In this document: positions 31,285-43,053 of the stretch, in pieces
Numbering within the stretch: position 1 is the stretch's first letter
How the letters are laid out: each line of letters starts with the position of its first letter
Assembly: GCA_965224215.1 (NCBI GenBank)
Contig: CBDCYS010000039.1
Span: 193,705-257,704 of the forward strand
DNA length: 64,000 nt
Direction: 5' to 3'
DNA from: Bryobacterales bacterium
GTDB lineage: Bacteria; Acidobacteriota; Terriglobia; Bryobacterales; UBA6623
Program-made: the position numbers and the translations under genes
The notes under the pieces: generated by a model
The model's input: only the letters and a program-made list of their open reading frames with translations
Databases searched by the model: none
Told to the model about the DNA's origin: nothing

Positions 31285-31649
31285 AAGTTCTGCTGGATTC
31301 TGTGCTACTCATCGACCACTTCAACGGGATTGGGCCGGCGACAGCGTATCTGCGGGAAATGCGGGGTCACAGTGCGATTTCCGTAATAACTCGAGCGGAG
31401 GTTCTAACAGGGTTTGATGCCGCGCAAGCTGCGGCAGCATTGCCGCTACTCGATCGTTTTCCGATGCTTCCAATAGAGCGGGACGCGGCGGACCTTGCAG
31501 CCCGGCTGCGACGAGAGGAGCGCTGGCGGCTTCCGGACGCATTTCAAGCGGCGCTGGCGAAGCTGCACAGGCTGAAACTGTCGACAAGGAATACACGTGA
31601 TTTTCCACCCGAGCGCTATGATTTTGTCGTCGTACCCTACCAGATTTAG
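31275..31649 (+). CDS. vapC: PIN-domain ribonuclease toxin VapC
   Basis: 124 aa. The N-terminal VLLDSVLLID carries the first acidic residue, with later acidic residues, as in PIN toxins. Gene pair architecture is that of a type II TA system. Confidence 0.8.
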   Translation: MAVKVLLDSVLLIDHFNGIGPATAYLREMRGHSAISVITRAEVLTGFDAAQAAAALPLLDRFPMLPIERDAADLAARLRREERWRLPDAFQAALAKLHRLKLSTRNTRDFPPERYDFVVVPYQI

Positions 31650-31914
31650 CTTGTCATGAGCTGTCATCGAAGTTCGCGGCAAACCCGGTAATCCGGTGAC
31701 TCTGGGCGGACGATCCAGGGGTGCTAAACTAGGAGTTTCCCCGAAGCGTTCCGGAACATCTTTCAGTGCAAAACTACCTTCGGGTATACGAACGCGCCAA
31801 CAAATCGAAGCTTTCTTGCGGCGCGCTACGAGGGCGGGATACCCGCTCCTCCATTAGCCGCGTTGGGCCGAATTTCCTGCTTCCTTTTCGCGCTAAGGCC
31901 CCGGAGCTGTCCCG

Positions 31915-32613
31915 ATGAAATGCGGCGTTGTCGTCTTTCCTGGTTCGAACTGCGACCACGACGCCTACTACGCCCTGGGACATAACCTCGCCCAAATGGC
32001 CTCTTTCGTCTGGCATCAGTCGGAAGATCTCTCGGGACTGGACGCTGTTGTGCTGCCGGGCGGCTTCTCCTATGGCGATCACCTGCGCGCGGGCGCCATC
32101 GCTCGATTCTCGCCGGTCATGAAGGCAGTCAAACGGTTCGCCGACGGTGGGGGCCTGGTCATTGGCATGTGCAACGGCTTTCAAGTCCTGGTGGAAAGCG
32201 GGCTGCTGCCAGGGGCTCTGATGCGCAACGAGAACTTACGATTCGTATGCCGCACGATCCATCTAGTCCCAGCGACGCTCGATTCTCCTTTTACGAACTC
32301 GTGCAAGGCTGACCAGGCGCTGGCGATTCCGATCGCTCACGGCGAGGGACGCTATTTCGCCGATGAGCAAACCCTCGATCAACTCGAGGCACAGAACCGC
32401 ATCGCTTTCCACTACACCGACGCAGACGGCAACCGCACGTCCGCGGCGAATCCCAACGGCTCGTTGCGAAACATCGCCGGCATCCTCAACGAGGGCCGTA
32501 ACGTTCTCGGTATGATGCCGCACCCCGAGCGTGCCTCGGATCCAGCGATGGGGTCCACCGATGGGCTGTTCGTCTTCCAATCGATGCTCAACGCGCTGGT
32601 GCCCTCCCGCTAG
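31915..32613 (+). CDS. purQ: phosphoribosylformylglycinamidine synthase I (glutaminase subunit)
   Basis: 232 aa. [26 protein letters not shown] (Cys nucleophile), and MMPHPER. Confidence 0.95.
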   Translation: MKCGVVVFPGSNCDHDAYYALGHNLAQMASFVWHQSEDLSGLDAVVLPGGFSYGDHLRAGAIARFSPVMKAVKRFADGGGLVIGMCNGFQVLVESGLLPGALMRNENLRFVCRTIHLVPATLDSPFTNSCKADQALAIPIAHGEGRYFADEQTLDQLEAQNRIAFHYTDADGNRTSAANPNGSLRNIAGILNEGRNVLGMMPHPERASDPAMGSTDGLFVFQSMLNALVPSR

Positions 32614-32615
32614 TC

Positions 32616-34895
32616 ATGGCCGCGATTACACCCGACGTCATCGCCCTGCATGGCCTCACCACGGGCGAATACGATCGCATCGTCGACCGCCTGGGGCGCG
32701 AACCCAATCTGACGGAGCTGGGAATCATCAGCGTCATGTGGAGCGAACATTGCTCCTATAAAAGCTCCCGGATTCATCTGAAGAACCTGCCGACGACCGG
32801 GGACCGCGTGCTGGTCGGTCCTGGCGAGAACGCTGGGATCATCGACATCGGCGGCGGGTATGCGGCTGCGTTCAAGATCGAATCGCACAACCACCCGAGT
32901 TTCATTGAGCCTTTCCAGGGTGCGGCAACGGGCGTCGGCGGCATTCTGCGTGACATCTTCACGATGGGCGCGCGGCCCATCGCCGTGATGGACTCGCTTC
33001 GCTTCGGCATGCTCGACGACCCGGAAACCGGCAGCCGAAACCGGCGTATCGTCGACGGAGTTGTAGGCGGGATCGCTCACTACGGCAACTGCTTTGGCGT
33101 GCCGACCGTCGGCGGAGAATGTGTTTTCGAACCTTGCTACGACGGCAATCCGCTGGTCAATGCGTTCGCGCTGGGTATTTTTCGCAAGGACGCCATCTTC
33201 TTCGGCAAAGCTTCGGGCACGGGCAACCCCGTAATTTACGTCGGGGCGAAAACCGGCCGCGATGGCATCCATGGCGCTTCTATGGCGTCGAGCGAATTCG
33301 ACGAAGAGTCAGAAGCAAAGCGGCCTAATGTCCAAGTCGGCGACCCGTTCCTGGAAAAGCTGCTGCTCGAAGCTTGCCTGGAGGCGATGGGAACCGGGGC
33401 GGTCCTCGGCATTCAGGACATGGGTGCGGCCGGGCTGACCTGCTCCACCTGCGAGATGGGCGACCGCGGCGGCATGGGCATTGAGATCGATTTGCAATTC
33501 GTGCCGCAGCGCGAAACCGGCATGACGCCCTACGAGATCATGCTCTCGGAATCCCAGGAGCGCATGCTGCTTGTTGCCGAACGCGGGCGCGAAAACGAGG
33601 TCTTCGAGCTGTTCGCCAAATGGGGACTCGACGCCGCCGAAATCGGCGTGGTGACCGAAGATGGCTTGTTACGGGTCAAGAATCACGGCGAAGTTGTTGC
33701 CGAGATCGCTAACTTGCTGCTCACCGACGATGCCCCCATCTACGACCGTCCGGCGACGAAGCCGATGCGGTCGGCGCCCCTGGATGGGCCATCTCCCGCT
33801 GCTGACAACTCGCAGAAACTCAACGATGCTCTGTCTCGGCTGCTCTCGTCGCCCGATCTCTGCTCCAAGCGCTGGATCTATGAGCAGTACGACTACATGG
33901 TGAGGACGAATACCACGGCTGGTCCAGGCGCGGACGCCGCCGTCGTGCGGGTCAAGGAAGCCGGCGTGTCCCTGGCCATGTCACTTGACGGTAACGGACG
34001 CTATTGTTCTCTTGATCCGCGTGAAGGGGTCAAACTGGCGGTTGCCGAATGTTGCCGTAACCTAGCGGTCGTGGGAGCCGACCCAGTGGCCGCGACCAAT
34101 TGCCTGAACTTCGGCAATCCCGAAAAGGCGCAGATCATGGCCCAGCTTATCGAGGCCATCGAGGGAATCGGCGAGGCTTGCCGCCATTTTGGGACGCCGA
34201 TCACGGGCGGCAATGTCAGCCTCTACAACGAAACCCTCGGCGAGGGAATCTACCCGACGCCTGTCTTTGGAATTGTTGGCCTGCTCCCCGGAATGGAAGT
34301 CCCCCTGGGGATTCACTTCCGGCACTCTGGTCGTAAGCTGGTCTTGCTCGGGGGGCTGTTGCCGGGTTCCGAAGATCAACTCGACCGCCGTTTCGGCAGC
34401 ACCCAGTTCGCCAAAGTGGTGCTCGGTCAAACCTGGGGCCTGCCGCCTGCGTTGGACATGGACTATGAGAAGCGGGTCCACGATGCGATGCGCGAGATCG
34501 TGCGGGCAGCTCTGGCGGAGTCGGCCCACGACCTCAGCGATGGCGGACTTGCTGTAGCCGTAGCCGAGTCGTCGTTCGGTGCAAGTGGCGTTGGCGCACG
34601 CCTGCGGCTCGAGTCAGAGTTGCCCGCGCACTACGTGATGTTTCACGAGGCTCCGTCGCGGATACTGTTGTCGCTTGCGAGCGGCGCGGAGGCAAGAGTT
34701 CTGGAAATCGCCGCGCGGTTCGACGTCGAGGCGCCCGTCGTTGGTGAAACAGTCGTTGGTGAAACAGTCGGGGGCGAAACGGCCGCGAGCCGGATTGAGA
34801 TTTTCTTGAACGGCGAACAGGCGATTGGGCACCAGATGGATGAGTTGAAAGCGTCCTGGGACGGGACGCTTCACGAGTTGCTAGAGTCAAGGTAG
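32616..34895 (+). CDS. purL: phosphoribosylformylglycinamidine synthase II
   Basis: 759 aa. [20 protein letters not shown], and [10 protein letters not shown]. Directly follows purQ. Confidence 0.96.
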   Translation: MAAITPDVIALHGLTTGEYDRIVDRLGREPNLTELGIISVMWSEHCSYKSSRIHLKNLPTTGDRVLVGPGENAGIIDIGGGYAAAFKIESHNHPSFIEPFQGAATGVGGILRDIFTMGARPIAVMDSLRFGMLDDPETGSRNRRIVDGVVGGIAHYGNCFGVPTVGGECVFEPCYDGNPLVNAFALGIFRKDAIFFGKASGTGNPVIYVGAKTGRDGIHGASMASSEFDEESEAKRPNVQVGDPFLEKLLLEACLEAMGTGAVLGIQDMGAAGLTCSTCEMGDRGGMGIEIDLQFVPQRETGMTPYEIMLSESQERMLLVAERGRENEVFELFAKWGLDAAEIGVVTEDGLLRVKNHGEVVAEIANLLLTDDAPIYDRPATKPMRSAPLDGPSPAADNSQKLNDALSRLLSSPDLCSKRWIYEQYDYMVRTNTTAGPGADAAVVRVKEAGVSLAMSLDGNGRYCSLDPREGVKLAVAECCRNLAVVGADPVAATNCLNFGNPEKAQIMAQLIEAIEGIGEACRHFGTPITGGNVSLYNETLGEGIYPTPVFGIVGLLPGMEVPLGIHFRHSGRKLVLLGGLLPGSEDQLDRRFGSTQFAKVVLGQTWGLPPALDMDYEKRVHDAMREIVRAALAESAHDLSDGGLAVAVAESSFGASGVGARLRLESELPAHYVMFHEAPSRILLSLASGAEARVLEIAARFDVEAPVVGETVVGETVGGETAASRIEIFLNGEQAIGHQMDELKASWDGTLHELLESR

Positions 34896-35066
34896 ATAAC
34901 GCAGTCAAGAGAGTTGCTAGCTAACACGACCGGGAGGGACATCCCGGCAAGGCAACACGCAACTGCTTCAGACGGATGGAGCTGACAAAGTTTACGCAAT
35001 AACGAACCATCACTAAGTAGAGCGAAGCTTTAGAAATCCAGATCAGACTTACGTCTTGGAGCAGGA

Positions 35067-36629
35067 ATGAATCGTCACCAGCACGATCACGAGCGTCCTC
35101 TTTCCCTGAATAGCCCTGCGGTATCGTCCGTCAATCGTCAGCAGCTCGATCCCGCGGCAGCTCAACGCTTCAACGGCTCAGGCGCTCAAGAGAATAGCGA
35201 CTCCACACCCTTCGACGGCTTCCGCGAGGAATGTGGCGTCTTCGGAATCTTCGGCCATTCGGAAGCAGCCAACCTAGCCTACCTGGGCCTTTACGGCTTG
35301 CAGCACCGCGGCCAAGAAAGCGCCGGCATTTGTTCGAGCGACGGCGAGAAACTCCATTGCCGCAAGAGCATGGGACTGGTAGCCGAGGTGTTTACCGAGG
35401 CTGTCCTCGCGGAATTGTCCGGCAAGAGCGCCATCGGTCATACGCGCTACTCAACCGCCGGCCAGAGCGCCCTGCTCAACGCCCAGCCGTTCTTTGTCGA
35501 GTGCAGCAAGGGACAAATCGCAGTCGCCCATAACGGCAACCTGACCAACGCGATCGACGTGCGGCACGAACTTGAGATGGCTGGCTCGATTTTCCAGGGA
35601 ACCGGCGATACCGAGGTGATCGTCCACCTGATGGCGCGCTCGCGCGAACGGCGGCTCAAGCACGCTTTGCGGGAATCATTGCTACGAATGGAGGGGGCCT
35701 ATTCGTTGGCGCTGCTGGCGAAAGACCGCTTGATTGTGGCCCGGGACCCCCACGGTTTTCGGCCGCTGGCCCTGGGGAAGCTGGTCCACCAAGGCCAGGA
35801 CGTCTACGTCTTTGCCTCCGAGACCTGTGCCTTCGATCTGATCGGCGCCGTTTATGTTGACGACGTGCAACCGGGAGAGATGATCATCGTCGACTCCGAA
35901 GGTCTGCATCGCGAACGCTTCGCTCCTGAGCGTAAGCAGTGCCATTGCGTCTTCGAGCATGTCTATTTTTCTCGCCCTGACTCGACGGTTTTCGGCCGCT
36001 CCGTACAAGAATCCCGTGAGCAGTTGGGACGACAGTTGGCTCGGGAATCCGGCGTGGAGGCCGACGTCATCGTGCCCGTCCCGGACTCGGGAGTTTCCGC
36101 CGCGATCGGCTACGCCTCTGAATCCGGAATACCGTTTCAAATGGGGCTGATTCGCAACCACTACGTTGGACGGACGTTCATCGAACCGAAGCAGTCGATT
36201 CGCGATTTCGGCGTCAAGCTGAAACTCAACCCGGTTCGGCAATTGATCGAAGGCAAGCGCGTCGTTCTTGTGGACGATTCGTTGGTGCGAGGCACAACCA
36301 GCCGGAAGATTGTCCGGATGATGCGCCAGGCCGGAGCCCGTGAAATTCACCTGCGGATCTCATGCCCGCCGACGATTTCCCCTTGCTATTACGGGGTAGA
36401 TACCCCTGACAAGGGCGAGCTGATCGGGGCCAATCAGACGTTGGAAGAGATTCGCAAGTTTACCGAGGCCGACTCGCTCGCCTATCTGTCAATGGAAGGC
36501 CTCAAGGATGCCGTTCAGGACAACTCCGGCGACTACTGCTACTCCTGCTATACCGGCAACTACCCGACCGACCTGGTCGGCATCGAGACACTCCTAGCTA
36601 GCCATCCTGTCAGCGACTCACCCGGTTAG
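35067..36629 (+). CDS. purF: amidophosphoribosyltransferase
   Basis: 520 aa. ECGVFGIFGH (Cys1 after propeptide), HRGQESAGI, the PRPP loop VVLVDDSLVRGTTS, and the CYYGVDTP Fe-S cysteines. Confidence 0.96.
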   Translation: MNRHQHDHERPLSLNSPAVSSVNRQQLDPAAAQRFNGSGAQENSDSTPFDGFREECGVFGIFGHSEAANLAYLGLYGLQHRGQESAGICSSDGEKLHCRKSMGLVAEVFTEAVLAELSGKSAIGHTRYSTAGQSALLNAQPFFVECSKGQIAVAHNGNLTNAIDVRHELEMAGSIFQGTGDTEVIVHLMARSRERRLKHALRESLLRMEGAYSLALLAKDRLIVARDPHGFRPLALGKLVHQGQDVYVFASETCAFDLIGAVYVDDVQPGEMIIVDSEGLHRERFAPERKQCHCVFEHVYFSRPDSTVFGRSVQESREQLGRQLARESGVEADVIVPVPDSGVSAAIGYASESGIPFQMGLIRNHYVGRTFIEPKQSIRDFGVKLKLNPVRQLIEGKRVVLVDDSLVRGTTSRKIVRMMRQAGAREIHLRISCPPTISPCYYGVDTPDKGELIGANQTLEEIRKFTEADSLAYLSMEGLKDAVQDNSGDYCYSCYTGNYPTDLVGIETLLASHPVSDSPG

Positions 36630-36666
36630 CCCTAGTACTGCTAACTTAGAGCCTCCCCGAGAGCGC

Positions 36667-36693
36667 TTGAGCCGCGACCGTGAGGGAGCGGTT
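36667..36693. repeat. REP singleton related to the RAYT-flanking REP
   Basis: TTGAGCCGCGACCGTGAGGGAGCGGTT versus TTGAGCCGCGCGCGTGAGCAAGCGGTT at 10657. Confidence 0.7.
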
Positions 36694-36719
36694 ACTGCTA
36701 CGGAGCGATCCGCCGCCCC

Positions 36720-36744
36720 CGTAGGGGCGTAGCGTGCTACGCCC
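36720..36744. repeat. palindromic REP CGTAGGGGCGTAGCGTGCTACGCCC
   Basis: Contains the GGCGTAGC/GCTACGCC palindrome. The exact reverse complement occurs at 43294-43318. Confidence 0.8.
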
Positions 36745-36830
36745 GCGCCTGAATCAATCACGGCGAGCAAGCGCAACGAAGGAACGCCGGGCGTATTGTC
36801 TCTTCCCTCGTCACGTGGTGAGAAATGCAG

Positions 36831-36860
36831 GCTAGCTGAAGGCTAGCTGGGTTCTTTTTT
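36831..36860 (+). terminator. candidate intrinsic terminator downstream of purF
   Basis: GCTAGC-TGAAG-GCTAGC hairpin followed by TGGGTTCTTTTTT. The stem is short (6 bp). Confidence 0.35.
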
Positions 36861-37002
36861 CGTGACGCCCCGCACCCGAATCCGCCGCTCAGTGCCGCGC
36901 AGGCGGCCCACTATCTCTCCAAAATTCCAGCGAGCCAACTTCCAGTCACGGATCTGTGAAAGTATTAATCCTTTGTTATCAACAAACATGCCCGCTCGGG
37001 AC

Positions 37003-37030
37003 TTGACATTTCCGAATGTGCCGCTATGCT
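37003..37030 (+). promoter_or_regulatory. sigma70-like promoter candidate (TTGACA-16 nt-TATGCT)
   Basis: TTGACA at 37003-37008 and TATGCT at 37025-37030. It points toward the DUF1501 gene at 38467 but is separated from it by the IS1595 insertion. Confidence 0.35.
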
Positions 37031-37140
37031 GAGAGCGGTGAGATGATCGACCGGCAAGCGGTCAGTTTAAGAAACGCCAGTTCAGGCAAGGACGAGAAGG
37101 TGAGTTGGGGCGGAAGGGCAAAAAACGCTAAATCATGAAA

Positions 37141-38172
37141 GATGGGTATCCGGTTGACTCAGGTAGCCCCAATATCTTGTGGTTTGGGGATTTTCTTGGG
37201 TTCTGTAACCGGGTGAACAATCATCTTGTAAGTCGCGGGATCCACGGCTACCGCCTGCTGGACGAGCCGATAGAAGAGTTTGCCGCGGCTTTTGGATTTG
37301 CGGCGGTTGAAACGGAAGGTGAACTCGTCCAGGTAGTAGTCCAGATGTTTGTGGCTCACGGCGCCCTGATGGGTGGCCAGCAGCCAGCGCTTGAGCAGTG
37401 ACATCACGCGGTGGACGCGGGGCATCAATTCCGACGCGGACTGCTCCTGCCTGCTGACAACTGTGACCTGATGGACGTAGCCTTCCTTTTTCAACCCGGA
37501 GTAACCGGGCCAGCCGTCGGTATGCACCACGCTGCCCGGCTCGATGCACTCCTCCACGAAAGGCAACAGGCTCTCGCCCGAGGCATCCTCGATTCTCTTC
37601 ATGCGAATCCGGCCGATACCCCGCCCATCCTCTTGAGCGGCTACTGCGATCAATGCTTTGTTTTTCAGGTTTCGGCCCCGCAGGCCCTCTTCGAGCCCGC
37701 CCCAGTAGCTTTCATCGACTTCCACCGTCCCGGCCAGCAAATCCCGTCCCGGCCGCACCATCGCGCGCCGCATTTTGTGCAGCCAGGTCCAAGCCGTTTC
37801 GTACCTGTTGAGCCCCAACACTCTTTGCAGTCCCAAAGCGCTGGCTCCGGTTTTTTTGGGTGGTGACCCACCACATCGCACGAAACCACAACGGCAAAGG
37901 GCTGCGCGTGTCCTGAAAGATGGTCCCGGCGGTCACCGAGGTTTGGCGCCCACACGCAGCGCACTGCAGCAGCACTTTTCGCAAAGGCCACGACTTTCCA
38001 CAACGGCAACCCGGACAGCGGAAACCGTCCGGCCAGCGCAGCCGGAACAGATACTCCCGGCAGGCCTCCTCACTGCTAAAACGGGCCTCGAACTCTGTCA
38101 GGTTCTGAGGGTAATCTTCCATCTGCCGGCATACTACATCTTGGGGCTACCTGAGTCAACCGGATACCCACC
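37141..38172 (-). mobile_element. IS1595-family insertion sequence (1032 bp)
   Basis: About 30-bp near-perfect IRs GGGTATCCGGTTGACTCAGGTAGCCCCAA (from 37144) and TTGGGGCTACCTGAGTCAACCGGATACCC (to 38169). 9-bp direct repeat ATCATGAAA at 37132-37140 and 38173-38181. Confidence 0.88.
37159..38122 (-). pseudogene. IS1595-family (ISXO2-like) transposase, frameshifted
   Basis: N-terminal zinc-ribbon ORF 37712-38122 (FRCPGCRCGKSW...CAACGRQTS...LWFRAMWWVTTQKN). The DDE part 37159-37881 (GASALGLQRVLGL...VEVDESYWGG...VHTDGWPGY) is in another frame. Total length is 964 nt, and the break lies at A7CC (37857-37867). Confidence 0.85.
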
Positions 38173-38466
38173 ATCATGAAAATATCTGCAAAATCCTGCA
38201 ATTGAGACTACCGGGTCACTGAAATAAAAGAACTTACGAGTTTTTCCGAAACCTCCAACAAGGCGCGCGGAGTCAACAGTTAACGCATATAGTAGTCGCG
38301 AAAGACAAGAAACTCGCCGAGAAAGAGGGCCTTTCCGCCAGGCAGCAACTCGCTGTGGCAAGAACTCCAGGAAGCGGGCACGGTATTACCTTCGTGCCGC
38401 ATTTCTGTGGGACAGACTCCTAGCCCAGCGCCTGGCCCCTGCTCCCGGCGCCTGGCCTGCTATTTG

Positions 38467-39998
38467 ATGCCGCATTGCCGCCACGCGATCCGGTCCTGCA
38501 ATAATGGAGTGGCCGCAAATAGCAGACGACCGGGTTGCATAGGAGCCAAAGTACCGGTTTTATCTCGCCGCAGAATCCTTGAGCTGACATCCCTGGGCTT
38601 CGGCAGGATTGCGCTTTCGCAGCTGCTGACCGACGGCGCGGCAGCAGCAGCCGGAACCTCCGCCACCTCCGAAATTCCCGTCTACAACGATCTCCGCACG
38701 CGCGAGGGTCATTTTCCCGGCCGAGCGAAAGCCGTCATCCAGCTCATCCAAAACGGCGGCCCCAGCCAGATGGATCTGTTCGATCCCAAGCCGATGCTGG
38801 CGAAACTGGCCGGGCAGCCTCACCCCAACGGGGTCGAGATCCACCAGCCCGGCAACGAAAATACCCTGCTGCCGTCGCCGTTTGAATTTCGCAAATACGG
38901 CCAATGTGGAATGGATGTCTCCGAGGTCTTGCCCCACCAGGCAGAGATCGTCGACAAGCTCAGCTTCATCCGCTCCATGCACACCGAGCACAACAACCAC
39001 TTGGAAGGGTTGAACATGCTGCTCACGTGCAAGATCTTTCCGGGACGCCTGTTATGGGCGCCTGGATTAGCTACGCCTTGGGCACGGTAAACCAGAACCT
39101 GCCGGCCTACGTCGTCCTGCGCGACCCGAAAGGCTACACCATCGGCGCAAAGCAACTTTGGGCCAACGGCTACCTGCCGGCTCTCTATCAAGGGGTGGAG
39201 TTCAATATGAACGGGTCGCCGGTTCACCACCTGCAGCCCGCCGAGCCGCTGCCCCCCGGCGTTCAACGGGACAACCTCGACTACCTTTCGCGGATCAATG
39301 CGCTGCACCGTGACAGCCGTCCGGGCGAGAACGAGTTGGAGTCACGAATCAAGAATTTCGAGCTAGTCGCCCGCATGCAGGTCGAGGCAATGGACGTCCT
39401 CGATATCAAGAATGAATCGGCGGCGGCGAAGAAACTCTATGGCGTCGACGATCCAGTTCGGGGAGCCTACGGGATGCGCTGCTTGATGGCGCGCCGTTTG
39501 GTCGAGGCCGGCGTGCGGTTCGTGCAGGTCACGACCAAACCGGGGCAGCCTTGGGACCAGCACAGCAAGATGACTGAAGGCCTGCCGCAAATCGCGACCG
39601 AGACAGACCAAGGCGCTGCGGCATTGGTCAAGGACCTGGAGCAGCGGGGACTGCTTGACAGCACAATCGTCATGTGGGCCGGCGAGTTTGGGCGCCTGCC
39701 GACTACGCAGAACGCCGACGGCCGCGACCACAACCGCAACGCATTCACCCTTTGGTTCGCCGGCGGCGGCTTCAAGCCCGGTTTCATCTATGGCGAAACC
39801 GCCGAGTTCGGATACAAATCCGTGGTCAACCGAGTCAGCGTTCCCGATATGATCGCAACGGTCTTGCACCAGCTCGGGCTCGACCACCGCAAGACTCAGT
39901 ACGCGCACGGTGGCCGCGTGGAAACGCCGTCCGACGTCACCGTAACCGGGGCCCGAGTCATCGGCGATCTAGTGTCGAACAAGGTGCAAGCCGCTTGA
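38467..39998 (+). pseudogene. DUF1501 protein with one frameshift (module 3)
   Basis: Track ORFs 38407-39090 and 38904-39998 join at about 39047-39050, giving ...TCKIFPGRPVMGAWISYALG... when read across frames. Tat-like SRRRILELTSLGFG. Total length is 1532 nt, which fits a 1-nt deletion. The start codon is uncertain (ATG at 38467 or a downstream GTG). Confidence 0.8.
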
Positions 39999-40036
39999 AC
40001 ACATTTTTTCGCCGAAACCCTGCAAGCAGCAGACTC

Positions 40037-40063
40037 GGAGCCGCGACCGTAAGGGAGCGGTTT
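40037..40063. repeat. REP singleton (GGAGCCGCGACCGTAAGGGAGCGGTTT)
   Basis: Same family as 36667. It ends 6 nt before the ATG at 40069. Confidence 0.7.
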
Positions 40064-40068
40064 CCCCA

Positions 40069-43053
40069 ATGACGCGATCATCCGAGGGCGGCCAACGCGG
40101 CCTCGTTCGGCAACGGCTTGTCCGCGCACTCTGCACGGCGCTCCTCCCCGCCTGCCTCTGCGCTCAGACCCCCGTTTTCGAAAAAGACGTCCTTCCGATC
40201 TTCTCGACCTATTGTTTTACCTGCCACGGCAAGAGTTCGCCGGAACTAGGCATGGACCTTCGGACAGCTGCGTCGGTTCTTCGAGGCAGCCACAACGGCC
40301 ACGTCATCGAGCAGGGGTCGCCAACCGAGAGCCGGCTGTTCCAATTGGTTTCGAAGCAGATGATGCCCCCGCCGGCCTTCGAGAGCATCGTTCCCGAAAA
40401 GGATATCGAGACGATTCGGCGCTGGATCGAGAGCGGCGCGCATTCCTCTCAGCCCGAAGGTCAGATTCCCGAGGCGGCGCAACGCCAGATCGCCCGCTTC
40501 GAAAAAGAAATTCTGCCAATCTTTGAAGCCAGGTGTACGGCCTGCCACGGTGGAGATTCTCCGCAATCGGAATTGGACCTGCGGACACTCAACGGTGCCC
40601 TGAAGGGCGGCAAACACGGCCCCGTGATCGCTGAGGGTTTTTCGGACAAGAGCGTTCTGATCCGGCAGCTTCAAAGTGGCGTCATGCCCCCCTCGGGAGC
40701 GGGAAAGCCTCTCGACGCAGCGGAAGTGGAACTCATTCGAGAGTGGATTGACGAGGGAAACTTTGCGGACTACGTCGAGGTGGAAATATCCCTCGACCGC
40801 GAGTTTACCGAGGCAGAAGTGCCCGAAGTCACTGCGGAGGATCGCAAGAGCTGGGCGTTTCGCAAGCCGATCGCTGCGGCTCCTCCTAGCGTGAAGAGTC
40901 AAGATCGGGTGCGGAGCGCGATCGATTCGTTCATCATTTCGAAGCTGGAAGGGCAAGGTCTCGAGCTGTCCCCGGCGGCTTCGAGGCACACGCTGCTACG
41001 GCGGGCGTACTTCGATCTGTGGGGCCTGCCTCCCACACCTGAAGAGGCGGCGCAATTCCTCAACGACGCCCGCCCGGACGCCTATGAGCGACTGCTTGAG
41101 CGCCTGCTGGACTCGCCAAACTACGGCCAGCGCTGGGGCCGGTATTGGCTCGATGCGGTCGGATATGTCGACACGACAGGGAAAGACTTCGCCGCGGAGG
41201 AGGTCGCGATTGCCAAGGGAATGTGGCGCTATCGCGACTATGTGATCCAGTCGTTCAACGGAGACAAGCCTTGGGACCGGTTTCTCACCGAACAGCTTGC
41301 CGGTGATGAGCTGTTCGATTGGCGGAGCGCCAAGACCTACACTCCAGAGATGATTGAGGCACTGGTGGGCACCGGCTATTTGCGCACCGTGCTCGACGTG
41401 ACCAACGAAAACATTTCCGACCGCCCCCCTGACCGCTATGAAGCGCTATTTGCCTTGCTTGACAAGGTTTCCTCCAGCACGCTGGGGCTGACCCTCAACT
41501 GCGCCCGCTGCCACAGTCACAAGTTCGATCCGATTCCGCAACGGGACTACTACCGCTTCCTTTCGCTCTTCACGGCGGCGTACAACCCTTCCGCCTGGAT
41601 CCAGCCCAAGAAGCGGCTGATGTATACGGTCTCGAAGCCGGAACAAGAAGAGATCGAAAACCACAACAAGGAAATCGACGCCGAGGTCGAGAAGCTGACT
41701 GAATCGATGGAGCGAATTCGAGAGCCGTACCGCGCGAAGCTTCTGTCGACAAAGCTGCATGACGTGCCGGAGCCAGTGCGCGCTGACATAGCGCTCGCGG
41801 TGGAAACGGCCAAAGAAGACCGGAGCGAAGTTCAAAAATACTTGATCGATAAATTCGGGCCGCTCGTTGAAATCACCGATGAGGAGCTAGATGAATCCAT
41901 CACCGGGAATCAAAAAGATTCGCTGTCGGGGCTCAAAGATCGGGTTGCAACCTGGAACGGATACCGTCGCAAGTTGGAGCACGTCCAGGCTCTCTGGGAC
42001 GGAGAGGGCATGCCGACAATCCGGTTGCTGCAGCGGGGGAACGTGGAGTCGCCCGGACCCAAAGTCACACCCGGCTTCCTCACGGTCTTGTGTGGAGGCG
42101 AGAAAGACTGCACTTCAAAGCCCTCGGTGAATCGGGCTGGAAAGACGAGCGGCTACCGCCTCGCCCTGGCTGAATGGCTGACGCGACCGGATCACCCGCT
42201 CACCGCTCGGGTAATCGTCAACCGTATCTGGCAACACCACTTTGGAAGGGGCATTGTGGCGACCCCGGGCAATTTCGGGAGCATGGGCGCGCCGCCCTCC
42301 CACCCCGAACTGCTCGACTGGCTGGCCGTCGACTTCATGAAGCACGGCTGGACAACCAAGCGCCTGCATAAGATGATCATGACTTCGTCGGTCTATCGGC
42401 AGTCCTCCAGCCGGACTGACAATCCCCACAGCGAACGAGCCGCGACGGAAGACCACGACAACCGGCTGCTATGGCGGATGCCCATGCGGCGACTGGAGGC
42501 GGAAGCGCTGCGAGATTCGGTTCTGGCGGTGGCAGGCAGGCTGGACAACACGCTCGGCGGCCCCCCGGTCGGGCTGACAGCTCTCCATGACGGCCGACAA
42601 GTGGTTTCCGATGCCGAGGGCGAAAACGGATCGACGAGGCGAAGCGTCTATCTGCTCGCGCGGCGGACGTGGCCGCTGACTTTTCTCTCGGTCTTCGACT
42701 TTCCGATCATCGATACAGCTTGCAGCCGCCGCGTTCCCTCCGCCACGCCGCTGCAGTCGCTGACCATGATGAACAGCGAGTTCATCCTGCGAAACGCGCG
42801 GGCGGCGGCCCAACGGGCCGTTTCACTGGCTGGTGAAAACGCCGAACCGGAAGCAGTTGTCAACAAGACGTACGATTTACTTTTCTCCCGCCAGCCGTCA
42901 GCGCCAGAGGCCGGATTCGCCCTGGATCACCTCGCCTCGCAGCAGCGGCTTTATGCGAGAGCGAATGCCTCAGAGGGCGAGGCGTTTGAAAAATCCCTCC
43001 AGAACCTCGTCCACATGCTGTTAAGCTCGAACGAATTTCTATACGTGGACTGA
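40069..43053 (+). CDS. PSCyt1(x2)-DUF1549-DUF1553 protein, intact (module 3)
   Basis: 994 aa. Two CxxCH motifs (CFTCHG, CTACHG), [16 protein letters not shown] (DUF1549), [29 protein letters not shown] (DUF1553), and C-terminal [10 protein letters not shown]. Confidence 0.9.
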   Translation: MTRSSEGGQRGLVRQRLVRALCTALLPACLCAQTPVFEKDVLPIFSTYCFTCHGKSSPELGMDLRTAASVLRGSHNGHVIEQGSPTESRLFQLVSKQMMPPPAFESIVPEKDIETIRRWIESGAHSSQPEGQIPEAAQRQIARFEKEILPIFEARCTACHGGDSPQSELDLRTLNGALKGGKHGPVIAEGFSDKSVLIRQLQSGVMPPSGAGKPLDAAEVELIREWIDEGNFADYVEVEISLDREFTEAEVPEVTAEDRKSWAFRKPIAAAPPSVKSQDRVRSAIDSFIISKLEGQGLELSPAASRHTLLRRAYFDLWGLPPTPEEAAQFLNDARPDAYERLLERLLDSPNYGQRWGRYWLDAVGYVDTTGKDFAAEEVAIAKGMWRYRDYVIQSFNGDKPWDRFLTEQLAGDELFDWRSAKTYTPEMIEALVGTGYLRTVLDVTNENISDRPPDRYEALFALLDKVSSSTLGLTLNCARCHSHKFDPIPQRDYYRFLSLFTAAYNPSAWIQPKKRLMYTVSKPEQEEIENHNKEIDAEVEKLTESMERIREPYRAKLLSTKLHDVPEPVRADIALAVETAKEDRSEVQKYLIDKFGPLVEITDEELDESITGNQKDSLSGLKDRVATWNGYRRKLEHVQALWDGEGMPTIRLLQRGNVESPGPKVTPGFLTVLCGGEKDCTSKPSVNRAGKTSGYRLALAEWLTRPDHPLTARVIVNRIWQHHFGRGIVATPGNFGSMGAPPSHPELLDWLAVDFMKHGWTTKRLHKMIMTSSVYRQSSSRTDNPHSERAATEDHDNRLLWRMPMRRLEAEALRDSVLAVAGRLDNTLGGPPVGLTALHDGRQVVSDAEGENGSTRRSVYLLARRTWPLTFLSVFDFPIIDTACSRRVPSATPLQSLTMMNSEFILRNARAAAQRAVSLAGENAEPEAVVNKTYDLLFSRQPSAPEAGFALDHLASQQRLYARANASEGEAFEKSLQNLVHMLLSSNEFLYVD

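Noticed and set aside
31650-31914. Expected purS gene upstream of purQ
   Set aside because: All three plus-strand frames contain stops and no PurS-like peptide is present. purS must lie elsewhere in the genome.
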